Notes: generated from the sequence alone by a model not told the origin. Shown: positions 36,249 through 47,958, numbered from the stretch's first letter. The stretch is 64,000 bases of DNA from an uncultured Verrucomicrobiae bacterium (GCA_963726745.1 CAVSDR010000006.1:288001-352000); one strand, 5' to 3'. Numbers and translations are program-made.

Positions 36249-38023
36249 GGGAGCTTCACGGGCTTCTTGAGGTCGAGGCGGAGCTCATACGGAAAGGCCC
36301 ACTCGGTCGCGGTCGGCGTAGTTGGGCGGATGTATTTCGCCTGGTTGTTTGGATCGATCGCGAAGAACGGCGAGTCGACCAGGTTCCGGAAATAATCGAC
36401 CACCACCTCCTGCTGTTTCGGGTTCGAGAGGTAGAGTCCGCGAATGAAAATGCCGTCTAAAGCCGGCTCGGCCGGAGCCGTGGCCGCAGCGCGAGAACCC
36501 GCCGGGCCGGGACTGGGCGTGGGCGTTTCCGCGACCGTGGGGACCATTTCCGGGAGCGATCCCTTTAGCTCCCCGGCGCCTACGGGCACGCCTTTCGAGG
36601 TGCCGACGAGCTCGGTGATCCAGATGCTTTCCTTCGGCAGCCGGGAGTTCAGGTCGTCGATTAATTCCGGCCAAAAGCTGCGCGCGACGATCGCTTCCGT
36701 GATCGGACGCGCGACACTTTCCAATCCGGTGATCTGTTTCCGCGCCGCGTCCATCTGGCTGGCTATTCCGCGCATTGCATCCACCCGCTCGATCAGACGC
36801 TCGCTCGCGCGCCCGACCACGCTGGCAGCGCGCGCGTAATAAATTCCCCAGCCCAGCAGACCAAGGATGAAGCAGGCCGCCGCGAGGATGAAAAAGGGCT
36901 GCCGCCGTTTCAACTGCTGCCGCCGCGCGACGGTGGCCGGCCGCAGGTTCAGCTCCATCGGGCAGGTGGTCACGCTTCGAAGCGCCAACCCTACGAGCTC
37001 GCCTAACAAATGAGCGGAGCGCGCGGCGTCCGCGGAATCAATCCCCTCACCCACGGCGACGTTGCGCAGCGGATGGAAAAACTCGATCGGCAACTGGAGT
37101 TTCTCGTGAAAGAACTCGCGCATGTAAGGCATGCTCGCGGTGCCGCCACAAAGGAAAACCCGCGCGGGCGCGGCGCCCTGCTGCTGCGCGCGATAGTGGC
37201 TGATCGAGCGCATCAACTCCGCATGCAAGCGCGTGAGCGTGCTCCGGATAATCTTGGAAACGCGCGCCACTTCCTCGTCCGAAGGCTCCGCGTAGGCCCC
37301 GCCCAGACTAACGAAACCATCGCGCTTCTTCCGCACTTCCGCGGCCATGAGCGGCTCGCTGAATTCCTTTGCGATCGCGGCGGAGATGGAGCTGCCGCCG
37401 ATCGGCACGCTGCGCGAGAAAATCTTCCCCGGCTCGACGAAGAGCAGGTTGGTCGTGCGCGCGCCGATGTCGACCAGAAGCGAGCAATCGTTCAGCTCGC
37501 TGTAGTTGTAGCGAAACGCGTTGTAGAGCGCCATCGTGGCCACGTCGACCGTCTCCGTCTCGAGCCCGGATTCCTCGACCGCGGCGTTCGTTCCCTCGAG
37601 CAAGTCGGACTTGATCGCCACCAGCACCACCTGGATTTGCTCCTCGTTGCCGGTGCCGACGAGCTGGTAATCCCAGACCACTTCCTCGATCGGGAAAGGC
37701 ACGTTCTGCTGCGCCTCGAAGGCGATGATGCGCTCGATCTTCTCCTCTTCGACAGCCGGCAACTTCACGAACCGCGCGAAGACCGACTGCGCCGGGACGC
37801 AATAGTTGACCGCGCTCGCCTTGATTCCGAGCTCGCGGGTGATCTCGCTCACGGCCGCGGCGATCTGGCTGTTGCGCGCGCTCTCGTTGCCCGCTTCCGC
37901 GAGGAGCTCGCGAAAACGGTAGTTCGCCAGCACCAGGCCTGCGTTCGTCTGGGTGCGGAATTCCGCCAACCCGACAGTCTGCGAGCCGAGATTAAGGGTG
38001 ACGATGCGCGTGCCGGCAGCCAT
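36245..38023 (-). CDS. pilM: PilM-like actin-fold protein fused to a PilN-like TM/periplasmic region (Amuc_1101-like)
   Basis: FEAQQNVPFP, VDIGARTT, LCGGTA, then LNLRP, a TM helix and SIWITEL. Confidence 0.85.
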   Translation of the reverse strand: MAAGTRIVTLNLGSQTVGLAEFRTQTNAGLVLANYRFRELLAEAGNESARNSQIAAAVSEITRELGIKASAVNYCVPAQSVFARFVKLPAVEEEKIERIIAFEAQQNVPFPIEEVVWDYQLVGTGNEEQIQVVLVAIKSDLLEGTNAAVEESGLETETVDVATMALYNAFRYNYSELNDCSLLVDIGARTTNLLFVEPGKIFSRSVPIGGSSISAAIAKEFSEPLMAAEVRKKRDGFVSLGGAYAEPSDEEVARVSKIIRSTLTRLHAELMRSISHYRAQQQGAAPARVFLCGGTASMPYMREFFHEKLQLPIEFFHPLRNVAVGEGIDSADAARSAHLLGELVGLALRSVTTCPMELNLRPATVARRQQLKRRQPFFILAAACFILGLLGWGIYYARAASVVGRASERLIERVDAMRGIASQMDAARKQITGLESVARPITEAIVARSFWPELIDDLNSRLPKESIWITELVGTSKGVPVGAGELKGSLPEMVPTVAETPTPSPGPAGSRAAATAPAEPALDGIFIRGLYLSNPKQQEVVVDYFRNLVDSPFFAIDPNNQAKYIRPTTPTATEWAFPYELRLDLKKPVKLP

Positions 38024-38032
38024 CAGAAATTG

Positions 38033-38620
38033 CTAACGCGCGGCCGGCGGCTTGATCTGCTCGTAACGATCCCAATACAAAGGCGCAAACGGAGTCTCGT
38101 TCTTGTTCAAGACCGCGCCGTTCACCTGCGGCAAAGCGGTAAACCAATTCGCGGCGGCCCGCTCCAGGCTCGATTCACTTTTCACGGCGCCTTGCTGGAC
38201 GATTTGCACGGCGACGTTCTGGATCGAATTCGGCGACATCGGCTTGCCGCCCATGATCCGCGAAAGCGTGCGCGGCGAGACATACATCACCGAACGATTG
38301 TCGCGGCCCGCGGCGACGCTCACATGCGTCACTTCGCCAGTGAGCATTTTGCCGTTCACCAGGATGTAATACTTAAAGGTGAGCTCGTCGGTAAATTCCG
38401 GCGCGGCCGCGAACTCCACTTCCACCTCGAGCCAACGCTCCCGCTGGTTTGGCGTGTATTGCTGCGCGCCGGTGTAGGTAAACTGCGGGGTCGTGATCAG
38501 ATTGCGGCTGATTTTGTTGATCCGGAATTCCTCGCCCGCCCGCGGCGCCTGCGCCCGCGCCACCAGCGGCAGCACGAGCAGCGCGAGAGAAATAGCCAGC
38601 CCTTTCCCAGTCATTTTCAT
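38033..38620 (-). CDS. Secreted pilus-associated protein, Amuc_1102-like
   Basis: Signal peptide; WLEVEVEF and [16 protein letters not shown]; first gene of the cluster. Confidence 0.7.
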   Translation of the reverse strand: MKMTGKGLAISLALLVLPLVARAQAPRAGEEFRINKISRNLITTPQFTYTGAQQYTPNQRERWLEVEVEFAAAPEFTDELTFKYYILVNGKMLTGEVTHVSVAAGRDNRSVMYVSPRTLSRIMGGKPMSPNSIQNVAVQIVQQGAVKSESSLERAAANWFTALPQVNGAVLNKNETPFAPLYWDRYEQIKPPAAR

Positions 38621-39606
38621 GAGGAAATCTCCATGCGTTCGCCGAGTTGACCACGTTCCAGGCAGCCACGGAAGTATTCAATTGTCTCCACGATGCCTTT
38701 TTCAAACGGCACCCTCGGTTCCCAGCCCAGGATCGCTTTCGCCCGCCCGATATCCGGCTGGCGCACTTTCGGATCGTCCACCGGCAACGGCTTGAAAACG
38801 ATCTCCGATTCCGCCCCGATGATCCGCCGAATCTCTTCCGCAAATTGCCGGATCGTCATCTCACGCGGGTTGCCGATATTGACCGGCTCGTGGAAGTCCG
38901 ATTGCGACAGCCGGTAGATCCCGTCGATTAAATCCGAGACGTAGCAAAACGAGCGCGTCTGCGACCCATCGCCAAAGACCGTGATCGGCTGTCCGGTGAG
39001 CGCTTCGCCGATGAAGGCCGGCACCACGCGCCCGTCGCGCAAGCGCATGCGCGGACCGTAGGTGTTAAAGATGCGCACGATCTTCGTGTCCATCTTGTGA
39101 AAGCGGTGGTAGGCCATCGTGATCGCTTCCGCGAAACGCTTCGCCTCATCGTAAACGCCGCGCGGCCCGATCGGGTTCACATTGCCCCAGTAGTCTTCCT
39201 TCTGCGGATGGACCAGCGGATCGCCATAGCATTCGCTGGTCGAGGCGAGCAGGAATGCGGCCCCCTTCGCCTTGGCCAGGCCGAGCGCGTTGTGCGTCCC
39301 AAGAGCGCCCACTTTCAACGTTGGGATCGGCAGCTCGAGGTAATCGATCGGGCTCGCCGGCGAAGCGAAATGGAAAACGTAATCGAGCTTCTCTTCCGGG
39401 AGAAAAATGAAGTTCGAGACGTTGTGCTTCACGAACTGGTAGTTCTCGTTCCCCGCGAGATGCTCGATGTTCGCCAGGTTGCCGGTGATCAGATTATCGA
39501 TCGCGATCACCTTGTGGCCCTCGGCCAGCAGACGGTCGGTTAAATGCGAGCCGAGAAACCCCGCGCCACCGGTGACGACGGAGATGGGTTGAGCAGAGCC
39601 GGGCAT
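38617..39606 (-). CDS. UDP-glucuronic acid decarboxylase family NAD-dependent epimerase/dehydratase
   Basis: [38 protein letters not shown] and [10 protein letters not shown]. Confidence 0.93.
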   Translation of the reverse strand: MPGSAQPISVVTGGAGFLGSHLTDRLLAEGHKVIAIDNLITGNLANIEHLAGNENYQFVKHNVSNFIFLPEEKLDYVFHFASPASPIDYLELPIPTLKVGALGTHNALGLAKAKGAAFLLASTSECYGDPLVHPQKEDYWGNVNPIGPRGVYDEAKRFAEAITMAYHRFHKMDTKIVRIFNTYGPRMRLRDGRVVPAFIGEALTGQPITVFGDGSQTRSFCYVSDLIDGIYRLSQSDFHEPVNIGNPREMTIRQFAEEIRRIIGAESEIVFKPLPVDDPKVRQPDIGRAKAILGWEPRVPFEKGIVETIEYFRGCLERGQLGERMEISS

Positions 39607-39705
39607 GAGCGGCTCTAATTACGTGGTGCCCTGCCGGTTGGCCAGCAGAAACGCAAGCCGCTTCGCCCGGCTGGGCAAAAACCGCGCGACACGCTACAAG
39701 AAGTC

Positions 39706-41874
39706 GTGAGGAGCCCCCGCCTGCTTCACGAATTGCGTCAGCGGAAAGTTTTCCGCGTGGCCGCGGCCTACGGCGTCGTCGCCTGGGCGGTCATCGAAGT
39801 TTGCGCCACGGTCGTGCCCGCGCTCCATCTTCCGGACGCGATCACAACCGCGCTTGTCCTCCTGGCCCTGGCCGGTTTTCCGCTCGCGCTCGTCCTCGCC
39901 TGGGCCTTTGACGTCAAGCCCACCGGCCTCGAGCGCGCGCCGGCCGGCACAGCGGGCAACTTCTGGCTGGTGGCGCTCCTCGGCCTCCTCGTGGCCGTCG
40001 CCGGCGGCGCATTTTTCTTTTGGCCGAAAACGCCGGCGCCTGGGCCTGCGGCCGAACTCAAATCGATCGCCGTCCTGCCGTTCGCGAATCTGAGCGGTGA
40101 TCCGGCCAACGAATACTTCAGCGATGGAATCACCGAGGAAATCCTCCGCGCGCTCTCGCATTTGCGCGATCTCCGGGTCGCTTCGCGCACCTCCGCCTTT
40201 GCCTTCAAAGGCAAGAACGAAGACGTGGCCCGGATCGCGCAGGCGCTCCGCGTGAGCAACGTGCTCGAAGGCAGTGTGCAGCGCGCCGGCGACCATGTGC
40301 GCATCATCGCGCAGTTGGTCGATGCCCGGAACGGCTTCCAGCTTTGGTCGGATCGATTCGATCGTGAAACCAAGGACCTCTTTGCGGTTCAGGACGAAGT
40401 TGCGGCGGCGATTGCCCGCGCCTTGAAGTTGCAATTCAGCGCGCGCGCGGTCCCTGGCGCGCGCGCCGGCACCGAGAACGCTGACAGCCACGATTTCTAC
40501 CTGCGCGCACTTGATTCCTTCACCGCGCCTCAGGAAGCGCTCGAGTTCGTCGACCGTGCCCTTGCGCTCGATCCAAAGTTTGCCGCCGCCTTCGCCTTGA
40601 AGGCGCAAATCTTCAGTTCGCTCGCCTTCGCCAGCCCAGACAAAAAAAGCTGGGAGCACTACGTGGAGCAAGGCGAAGCCGCCGCTCGACGCGCCGTGGC
40701 GCTCGCTCCGGAAACCGCCGACGCCTACGCCGCGCTTGGCGAGATGGCTCGCCGCCGGAACGACTTTGCCACCGCGCGCGCCCACTTCGAGCGCGCGACG
40801 CAGCTCAAGCCGGGCGACCCAATCCTTTGGCAAGGCCTTGGCCTGACGGTCTCGCCCTACGATCCCGCTGCGGGCCTGGCTTCCTTACGCAAGGCGAAGG
40901 CGCTCGGCGGCGAGAACCCCTTTCTCGACCGGCAAATAGCCTACGCTTTGAGCTCGCTCGGGCGCACCGACGAGGCGCACGAGACGATCGCGCAGGCGCA
41001 TGACGCGCGGCCCGATTTCATCCCCATTCTCATCGACCTCGGACGAGAGGAGCTGTGGGTCCATGGGCGGCCGGACCGCGCCCTGGAAAAATTTGTCGAA
41101 GCCTACCGCAAGGCGCCCAGCTTCATCGATGCGCAAGTGCCGGTCACGTTTTATCCCGCGCTGGTGTATGCTTTGAGCGGGCACTGGCCGCAGGCGGAAA
41201 TCTGGCGAGCGCGCGCCGCCGCTACCGCTGCGGAAGCCGATGCCGTCCTGGTCGTGGATCTGCTCTTCGCCGGCCTGCGGCACGAGCCGGAGCGAGCGCG
41301 GGCACTTGCAGGAGAATTCCAGGAGCGCGGGGCCGACCGCATCCTGCTCGCGATCTATGCCGGCGATGCCGCGACGCTTGCGGGCGATTGGCCGTACGCG
41401 GCCGCGCTTTACCGCAAGGTCCTGGCCGATTCCAAAGACCCCGCGGATTCCCTTCGCACCCGCCGGGTGCAAACGAAGCTCGCTTACGTCCTCGGGCAGC
41501 TGCACGAGGAGACGGAAAGCGCCCGGCTCTTGCAAGTTGCTGCCAAAAATTTCCCGGCCGGGCCGCAGCGTTCGCTGATCAATTGGACCTTTGGTCCCGT
41601 GGCCGCAGTGCAATATCTCGATGCGGAACTCGCGGCCCTGCGCGGCGAAAAAGCGCGCAGCCTGGCGGCGCTCGAAGCGATGCTGGCGCTGCCCGACGAT
41701 GGCTTGATTCTGCTCGGCTCGCTCCCGTTGGCGATCGACGAGTCGCCGCTTCTTGCTTCGTTGCGCGCGGAACCGCGCTTTCTTTCGTGGCAACAGGAAG
41801 TCGCCCGCCGCCGCGCCATCCTGCGCGCAAGGGTGAGCGCGGCGCGCCTCCGCCTCGACCTGGGGGAAGACTAA
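39706..41874 (+). CDS. Membrane protein with TolB-like and TPR domains
   Basis: ELRQRKVFRVAAAY, three TMs, KSIAVLPFANLS...YFSDGITEEI...SRTSAFAFK, TPR repeats. Confidence 0.88.
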   Translation: MRSPRLLHELRQRKVFRVAAAYGVVAWAVIEVCATVVPALHLPDAITTALVLLALAGFPLALVLAWAFDVKPTGLERAPAGTAGNFWLVALLGLLVAVAGGAFFFWPKTPAPGPAAELKSIAVLPFANLSGDPANEYFSDGITEEILRALSHLRDLRVASRTSAFAFKGKNEDVARIAQALRVSNVLEGSVQRAGDHVRIIAQLVDARNGFQLWSDRFDRETKDLFAVQDEVAAAIARALKLQFSARAVPGARAGTENADSHDFYLRALDSFTAPQEALEFVDRALALDPKFAAAFALKAQIFSSLAFASPDKKSWEHYVEQGEAAARRAVALAPETADAYAALGEMARRRNDFATARAHFERATQLKPGDPILWQGLGLTVSPYDPAAGLASLRKAKALGGENPFLDRQIAYALSSLGRTDEAHETIAQAHDARPDFIPILIDLGREELWVHGRPDRALEKFVEAYRKAPSFIDAQVPVTFYPALVYALSGHWPQAEIWRARAAATAAEADAVLVVDLLFAGLRHEPERARALAGEFQERGADRILLAIYAGDAATLAGDWPYAAALYRKVLADSKDPADSLRTRRVQTKLAYVLGQLHEETESARLLQVAAKNFPAGPQRSLINWTFGPVAAVQYLDAELAALRGEKARSLAALEAMLALPDDGLILLGSLPLAIDESPLLASLRAEPRFLSWQQEVARRRAILRARVSAARLRLDLGED

Positions 41875-41877
41875 CGA

Positions 41878-43590
41878 ATGAGGTCGCGCCGCCTCTTCCG
41901 TCTCCTCCCGTTGCTCTGCGCGGCGCTCGCGGTTGCGCTCGGGCTCATGACCTTTGTCGGCTGGATCTCGGGGCTCTCTCTCCTGGCGAGCGTCCGCGCG
42001 AAATATATCCCGATGGCGCCGAGCACCGCGCTCTGCTTTTCGCTCATCGGTCTGGGGCTCATCGTCCAGCGGCGCGGCCTCGGCTGGCGTTGGCTGGCGC
42101 GTTTCTTCGCTGCGCTCGTCCTGCTCCTGGCGGCCGCGAAACTTGCGGAATTTTTCGGCGGCTACCGCTTCGGCATCGATGCCTGGTTCGTGCGCAATCC
42201 GGAGTTCTTCGGCGCCGTCCCCACCGGCCGGATGGCGCCGCTGACCGCGCTCACCTTCGTCTTCAGCGCTGCCGGCCTGCTGTGCCTAACGAGTAAAGCC
42301 GACGCAGCCGCCGGTCCCCTGGGCGCACTCGTCACCGTCATCAGCGCGATCATCCTCGTGGGCTATTTCTACGGCACGCCCTTGCTCTACGGCGGCACGG
42401 TTATCCCCGTGGCTCTCTCCACCGCCTGCGCATTCTTTCTTTGCGGCGTTGCGACGACCACGGCGGCCGGGCGCGAGGCCTGGCCGTTGCGCGCCTTCCT
42501 GGGCGATTCGACGCGCGCAATCCTCCTGCGGGCCTTTGTGCCTGTCATTGTCCTGGCCGTTCTCCTCCATGGCTGGATCAACGCCGCCGTCTGGCAGCGG
42601 CTCCACGCCAATCCGGCCCTGAGCGCGGCGATCGGCGCGCTCGTTTTTGCCAGCCTGATCACCTGGATCGTCTCGCAAGTTTCCGCGGTCGTCGGCGGAC
42701 GGATCGATCGGGCGGAAGCGGCGCTGGTGGCGCTTAATGCCGAGCTGGAAACGCGCGTGCAGAAACGGACCGCGGAATTGCGCGAGAAGCACCGGCAGAC
42801 GGAGGAAGAGCTCTTGATGGCGCGCGAGCTCCAGATCGCCCTCCTGCCGCAGAAATTTCCCGCTGTTCCAGCGCATGCCAGTCTTCAGGAGAGCGCCTTA
42901 CGTTTCGTTAGTCTCTATTTCCCCACCGGTGACGTCAGCGGCGATTTCTTCAGCGTTTTCCCCGTGGGCGAGCAAGCCGTCGGCGTGCTCATCTGCGACG
43001 TCATGGGCCACGGGGTGCGCTCGGCTTTGATCACGAGCATGATTCGCGGCCTCGTCGAAGAGCACGCGCAAGCCGCGGCCGATCCGGGCGAACTCCTCAC
43101 GCGGGTCAATCACGCGCTCGCGGTCATCTTGAAACAGGCGGAAACGACCATGTTTGCGACCTGCTTTTACGTGGTGGCCGATGTCGCGCGCGCCGAACTG
43201 CGTTTCGCCAATGCCGGGCACCCGAGCGCACTGCACATCCGCCGGGAGGCCGCCTGCACCGAACCGCTCCGCGGTGAAGGTGGCGCCGGGCTGGCCCTCG
43301 GGCTCCTGCCCTTCGCGACCTACCAAACCCACTCTCGACCGATGGCTGCGGGCGACCTGGTGATGCTCTTTACCGACGGCCTCTTCGAAGTGGAAGACAC
43401 CGTCGGCAACTTTTTTAGCCAGCAACTTCTCCAGCAAACGGTCGAGCGGCACGCAGCTCTTCCGCCGGAGGAATTCTTTGCCAGCGTCCTCAGCGAAATT
43501 CGCGCCTTCGCCCGCCGCGACACCTTCGACGACGACGTTTGCGTCGTTGGCCTGCAAGTGCAGCATCTCACCGGATCCGCCCGCCCGTGA
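41878..43590 (+). CDS. Membrane-bound PP2C/SpoIIE-family phosphatase
   Basis: Multiple TMs; ARELQIALLP, VSGDFF, DVMGHGV, ANAGHP, FTDGL and DDVC. Confidence 0.9.
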   Translation: MRSRRLFRLLPLLCAALAVALGLMTFVGWISGLSLLASVRAKYIPMAPSTALCFSLIGLGLIVQRRGLGWRWLARFFAALVLLLAAAKLAEFFGGYRFGIDAWFVRNPEFFGAVPTGRMAPLTALTFVFSAAGLLCLTSKADAAAGPLGALVTVISAIILVGYFYGTPLLYGGTVIPVALSTACAFFLCGVATTTAAGREAWPLRAFLGDSTRAILLRAFVPVIVLAVLLHGWINAAVWQRLHANPALSAAIGALVFASLITWIVSQVSAVVGGRIDRAEAALVALNAELETRVQKRTAELREKHRQTEEELLMARELQIALLPQKFPAVPAHASLQESALRFVSLYFPTGDVSGDFFSVFPVGEQAVGVLICDVMGHGVRSALITSMIRGLVEEHAQAAADPGELLTRVNHALAVILKQAETTMFATCFYVVADVARAELRFANAGHPSALHIRREAACTEPLRGEGGAGLALGLLPFATYQTHSRPMAAGDLVMLFTDGLFEVEDTVGNFFSQQLLQQTVERHAALPPEEFFASVLSEIRAFARRDTFDDDVCVVGLQVQHLTGSARP

Positions 43591-43642
43591 ATTAGAAGTT
43601 GGACGTGGTGCGCTGGACGTTGAACCTTCCGCTCCTTCCCAC

Positions 43643-44602
43643 ATGCGCATTCTCTCCGGCATCCAACCCAGCGGCGTCCTGCACATCGGAAATTATTTCG
43701 GGATGATGCGGCCGGCGATCGCGCTGCAGGATGAAGGCGAGGCTTTCTACTTTGTGGCCGATTACCATGCGCTCACCAGCTTGCGCGACCCGAAGGTGCT
43801 GCGGGAAAACAGCCGACGCGTCGCGCTCGATTTTTTAGCCTGCGGGCTGAACGCCGAACGCGCGGCGCTGTTCCTGCAAAGCGACGTCCCGCAAGTCACC
43901 GAACTCGCCTGGATTTTGTCGACCGTTACCCCGATGTCGCGGCTCGAGCTGGCCCATTCCTACAAGGACAAGATCGCCCGCGGGATCGCGGCCAACGCAG
44001 GCCTCTTCACCTACCCGGTGCTGATGGCGGCCGACATTCTCATCTACGACAGCGACGTCGTGCCGGTGGGCAAGGACCAGAAGCAGCACGTCGAAATCAC
44101 CCGCGACATTGCCACACGGATGAACGAAGCCTTCGGCGAAATCTTTAAGTTGCCCGAGCCGCGCATCCAGACGACCACCGAAACCGTCCCCGGCCTCGAT
44201 GGCCAAAAGATGAGCAAGAGCTACGGGAACACGATCGACATTTTCGGCGAGGAAAAGGAAACGCGGAAAAGGATCATGAGCATCGTGACCGATTCGACCC
44301 CGGTCGAGGCGCCAAAGAATCCGGACGAGTCGTCCATCGTGCAGTTATTCTCCCTTTTCGCGACCCCGGAGGAGACCGCGGAGCTGCGCGCGCAATTCCA
44401 AAAAGGCGGGACCGGCTACGGCGATTTCAAGAAGCAGCTCTTCGCGAAGCTGTGGGAATTCTTCGCCCCCATGCGCGCGCGCCGCGCGGAGATTCTCGCG
44501 CAGCCGGATTACGTCGAGGACGTGCTCGCGCAGGGCGCGAAACGGGCTAACGAGGCCGCGAACCTGGTGATGGCGCGGGTCCGCCAGGCCGTCGGCTTGT
44601 AG
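43643..44602 (+). CDS. trpS: Tryptophan--tRNA ligase
   Basis: SGIQPSGVLHIGNY, YPVLMAADIL, PVGKDQKQH and KMSKS. Confidence 0.97.
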   Translation: MRILSGIQPSGVLHIGNYFGMMRPAIALQDEGEAFYFVADYHALTSLRDPKVLRENSRRVALDFLACGLNAERAALFLQSDVPQVTELAWILSTVTPMSRLELAHSYKDKIARGIAANAGLFTYPVLMAADILIYDSDVVPVGKDQKQHVEITRDIATRMNEAFGEIFKLPEPRIQTTTETVPGLDGQKMSKSYGNTIDIFGEEKETRKRIMSIVTDSTPVEAPKNPDESSIVQLFSLFATPEETAELRAQFQKGGTGYGDFKKQLFAKLWEFFAPMRARRAEILAQPDYVEDVLAQGAKRANEAANLVMARVRQAVGL

Positions 44603-44605
44603 TCG

Positions 44606-47076
44606 TTAGGCCGAGCCGCCGAGATACGAGGCCAGACGCAACAAATCGGCGAAAACCCCGCCCGCAGTCACTTCCGGCCCAGCGCCCGGACCTTGCACGA
44701 TCAGCGCCTGGGCTTGGTAACGCCGGGTGGTGAAGGCCACGATGTTGTCGCTTCCGCTGGTGCCGGCGAAGGCGTGCGTCGCGGGGTAACGCTGCAGGCC
44801 GACGGAGCATTTCCCGCCCGCATCGACCACGCCGACGTAGCGCAGAACTTCGCCCGCAGCGCGGGCCGTCTCAAAACGCGCCCGCATCTCGTCGTCAAAT
44901 TCCGCGAGGCGCGCGAGAAATTCGTCGACCGATCCCGCGCGCAACGACGCTGGCACCAGGCTCTCGATCGCGACCTCTTCCAGCTCCACTGCCAGCCCCA
45001 TCTCACGCGCCAGAATCACCAGCTTCCGGCCCACATCCGTCCCGGAAAGATCGTCCCGCGGGTCGGGCTCCGTGTATCCGCGGGCGCGCGCGTCGCGCGA
45101 CGATTTCGGAGAACGGCACGCTCCCGTCGAAGGTGTTGAAGATGTAGGAGAGCGTGCCCGAGAGCACGCCCTCGATTTGCTGCACGCGGTCGCCGGTTTG
45201 CACCAAATCACGCAGCGTATTCAGGATCGGCAGGCCCGCGCCGACGGTGGTTTCGTAGAGATAATGCCGGTTCGTCCCGCGCGCGGTCGCCTGCAGTTCG
45301 CGGTAGAATTCCATCGGCCCGCTGTTGGCTTTTTTATTCGGCGTGATCAGGTGAATCCCGCGCCGCAGCCACTCCGGATACTGCGCGATCAACTCCGCGC
45401 TCGAGGTGCAATCGACCAGCACGGCATGCGGCAAGTGATCGGCCTGCACGTGCTCCACGAACGCCGCGAGGTCGGCCGCCGGCGCCATCTCGCTGGCTAA
45501 ATTTTCCCGCCAGCCCTCGAGCGTACGGCCTTCGCCGAGCGTCATCTGGCGCGAGTTTAAAATCCCGCGCACCCGGAGATCGATCCGGAACTCCTCCTTC
45601 AACCGCGCGGCTTGCGCCCGCAGTTGCTCGAGCAATGTCCCGCCGATCAAACCCGGCCCGATGACGCCGATCGAGATCGTCTGGTTCGAGAGATAGAAGG
45701 CCGCATGGACCGCGCGCAGCGCCCGGCGCGAATCCACCCCATCGATCACCGCGGAGATGTTCCGCTCCGAGGAGCCCTGCGCGATCGCGCGAATGTTCAC
45801 CCGCGCTTTCCCAAGCGCGGTGAAAAAGCGCCCGGCCACGCCCGGATGATCGACCATGTTGTCGCCTACCGCGGCCAGGATGCTGCATTGCCCGAGCACC
45901 TCGATGCGCTCGATCTGCCGGTGATGCAGCTCGGCAAAGAAAGCGCGCTCGAGCGTTTGCCTAACGAGTGCCGTCTGCGCCTCCGGGATGGCGAAGCAGA
46001 TCGAATGCTCGGAACTAGCCTGCGAGATCATGACCACCGAGACCCCCACCTCGCGCAGCGCGCCGAAGAGGCGATGGGCCACGCCGGGCACGCCAATCAT
46101 CCCGGTGCCCTCGACGTTGATCAACGCCATCCCATCGACCGTGGCGAAGCCCTTGATCGGCGTGCGCGAGGAAGCTCGCGCGTGGATCTTCTGTGCCCGC
46201 AGCCGCGGGGTTGAAGGTATTCCGGATCCAGATCGGAATCTGCGCCTCGATCGCCGGCGCCATCGTACTCGGGTGCACCACCTTGGCGCCAAAGTAAGCC
46301 AGCTCGGTCGCCTCCTGATAAGACACCTCGTCGAGCACGACCGCATCCGGCACCAGCCGCGGGTCCGCGCTAAGGACGCCGTCTACATCCGTCCAGATCA
46401 CGATCGCGCGCGCGCCGAGAAGCCGCCCGAAAATCGAGGCGGAAAAATCGCTCCCGTTGCGCTTCAAGGTCGTTGGGATGCCGTCCGGCGTGGAAGCGAC
46501 AAAGCCGGTGATGACGACGCGCTCGGTGCGCAAGGTTTCGCGCCAGCGATCGACCTGCTCCTGCGAGCGCGCCCAATCCACCGCCACGGTCGACTCGCCG
46601 GGCTCGACCGTAAGCACGCTGCGCGCATCCAGAAAAACAGCCGGCAAGTTCTCCGCCTCCAGGTGCGCCGCGAGCAATTGCGCCGACCAGAGTTCGCCGT
46701 GGCCGGAGATCAATTCCACCATCCGTTCCGAGCAGGAGCGGCTAAGAAAAACGCCGCGCAAGAGCTCGCGCAGGTCGTTCGCGTCCGCGCGCAAACGCGC
46801 GCGCAAACTCTCCCGCGCGGGTTCCGGGAGCAACGCTTCCACCGTTTCCAAATGCCGCGCGAGGAGCGCCTCCAGGCGCGCGAGGTAGACCTCGTCGCGC
46901 CGGGTGGCCAGCTCGGTCAATTCCACCAGGGCATCGGTCACTTTGGCCATGGCCGAGACCACGATCGCCTGCCGCGGCCCGGCGTTGTCGCGCAGGATGG
47001 CGGCGACCCGGCGGAAATGCTCCGCCGACGCGAGACTGCTCCCGCCAAATTTGTGAACCACCCAGGCTTGCTCCAT
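44606..47076 (-). CDS. thrA: Bifunctional aspartate kinase/homoserine dehydrogenase; two apparent frameshifts (~46190, ~45090)
   Basis: HKFGGSS, RNGSDFSA, WTDVDG, ACT domains (SQASSEHS, AQGSSERN), GPGLIG, YETTVGAGLP, TEPDPRDDLSG and GPGAG across three ORFs. Confidence 0.92.
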
Positions 47077-47133
47077 TGGGCGAGAAGCGTAGCGCACTTC
47101 GGCGACTTTCCGATAGTCGTTAGGCTGGAAACG

Positions 47134-47958
47134 CTAAACGAAGTCGCGCGGCGCGAAATCCGGCCGGCGCGCGAGGTTCACGTAGAGCCCGTCGCACATC
47201 GAGGCGCGGCCGTTCAGCCGCAGCGGCCGCGACGCGTCCACGAGCACGAAGGGATGCTCGCGCGTGAGGATTTCGTGGATTTCCCCGAGCCACGAGCCGC
47301 CTTCGTATTGCGGCATGAAGTTGAGCTCGATCAGGAGAAAATCCGTCCGCGCGAGCGTCGCGCGCGCGCCGGCGAGCGCCGCTCTCTCGTAGCCTTGCAC
47401 GTCGATCTTAAGGAGGGAAATAGCCGGCCACTTCTCCAGGAGCAGATCGAGCGTAGTCAGCGGCACTTCCACCTCGCCGGTCACGGTCCAGTTGCTCCCG
47501 ATGAGCTCGCACATCTCCCTGCGCGGGGTCAAAACGGAGGCGCCAGTGGTGTCGCGCGTGACCTGCAGACGCGCCACGCCTGCGCGGTCGCCGATTGCCG
47601 TCTGGCGCAACTCCACGCCCGCGCGGCCGCCCAGGGTCCGCTGCAATTCCGCGAAGGCCGCGGGCTCCGGCTCGATCACCAGGAGGCGCTCCGGCGTGAT
47701 CAGGTCGAGCAGCATGCCGGACCATTGGCCGACGTTTGCGCCCACATCGACCACATTCGTTAGGCTACGCCAACTGCCGGGCGGCAGGAGATCAAGGCCG
47801 GAGGCCGCGGCCTCGTGCCGCAGCCAGGCACTGCGCCACCAATCGCGCAGCGGCATCGCGCGCCCGAACTGGCGCAGCGCGCGCACATGGCGTGCGGTCT
47901 CGACCACGCCGTGCGGCAGGAAATACTGGAGCGCGCGACGACCGGCGCGCGCACTCAC
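47134..47958 (-). CDS. FkbM-family methyltransferase
   Basis: VVDVGANVG and LLKIDVQGYE. Confidence 0.88.
   Translation of the reverse strand: MSARAGRRALQYFLPHGVVETARHVRALRQFGRAMPLRDWWRSAWLRHEAAASGLDLLPPGSWRSLTNVVDVGANVGQWSGMLLDLITPERLLVIEPEPAAFAELQRTLGGRAGVELRQTAIGDRAGVARLQVTRDTTGASVLTPRREMCELIGSNWTVTGEVEVPLTTLDLLLEKWPAISLLKIDVQGYERAALAGARATLARTDFLLIELNFMPQYEGGSWLGEIHEILTREHPFVLVDASRPLRLNGRASMCDGLYVNLARRPDFAPRDFV

Noticed and set aside
43597..43625. TGGACGT direct repeat upstream of trpS
   Set aside because: Only two degenerate copies; too little to assign a function, and no T-box features are seen.
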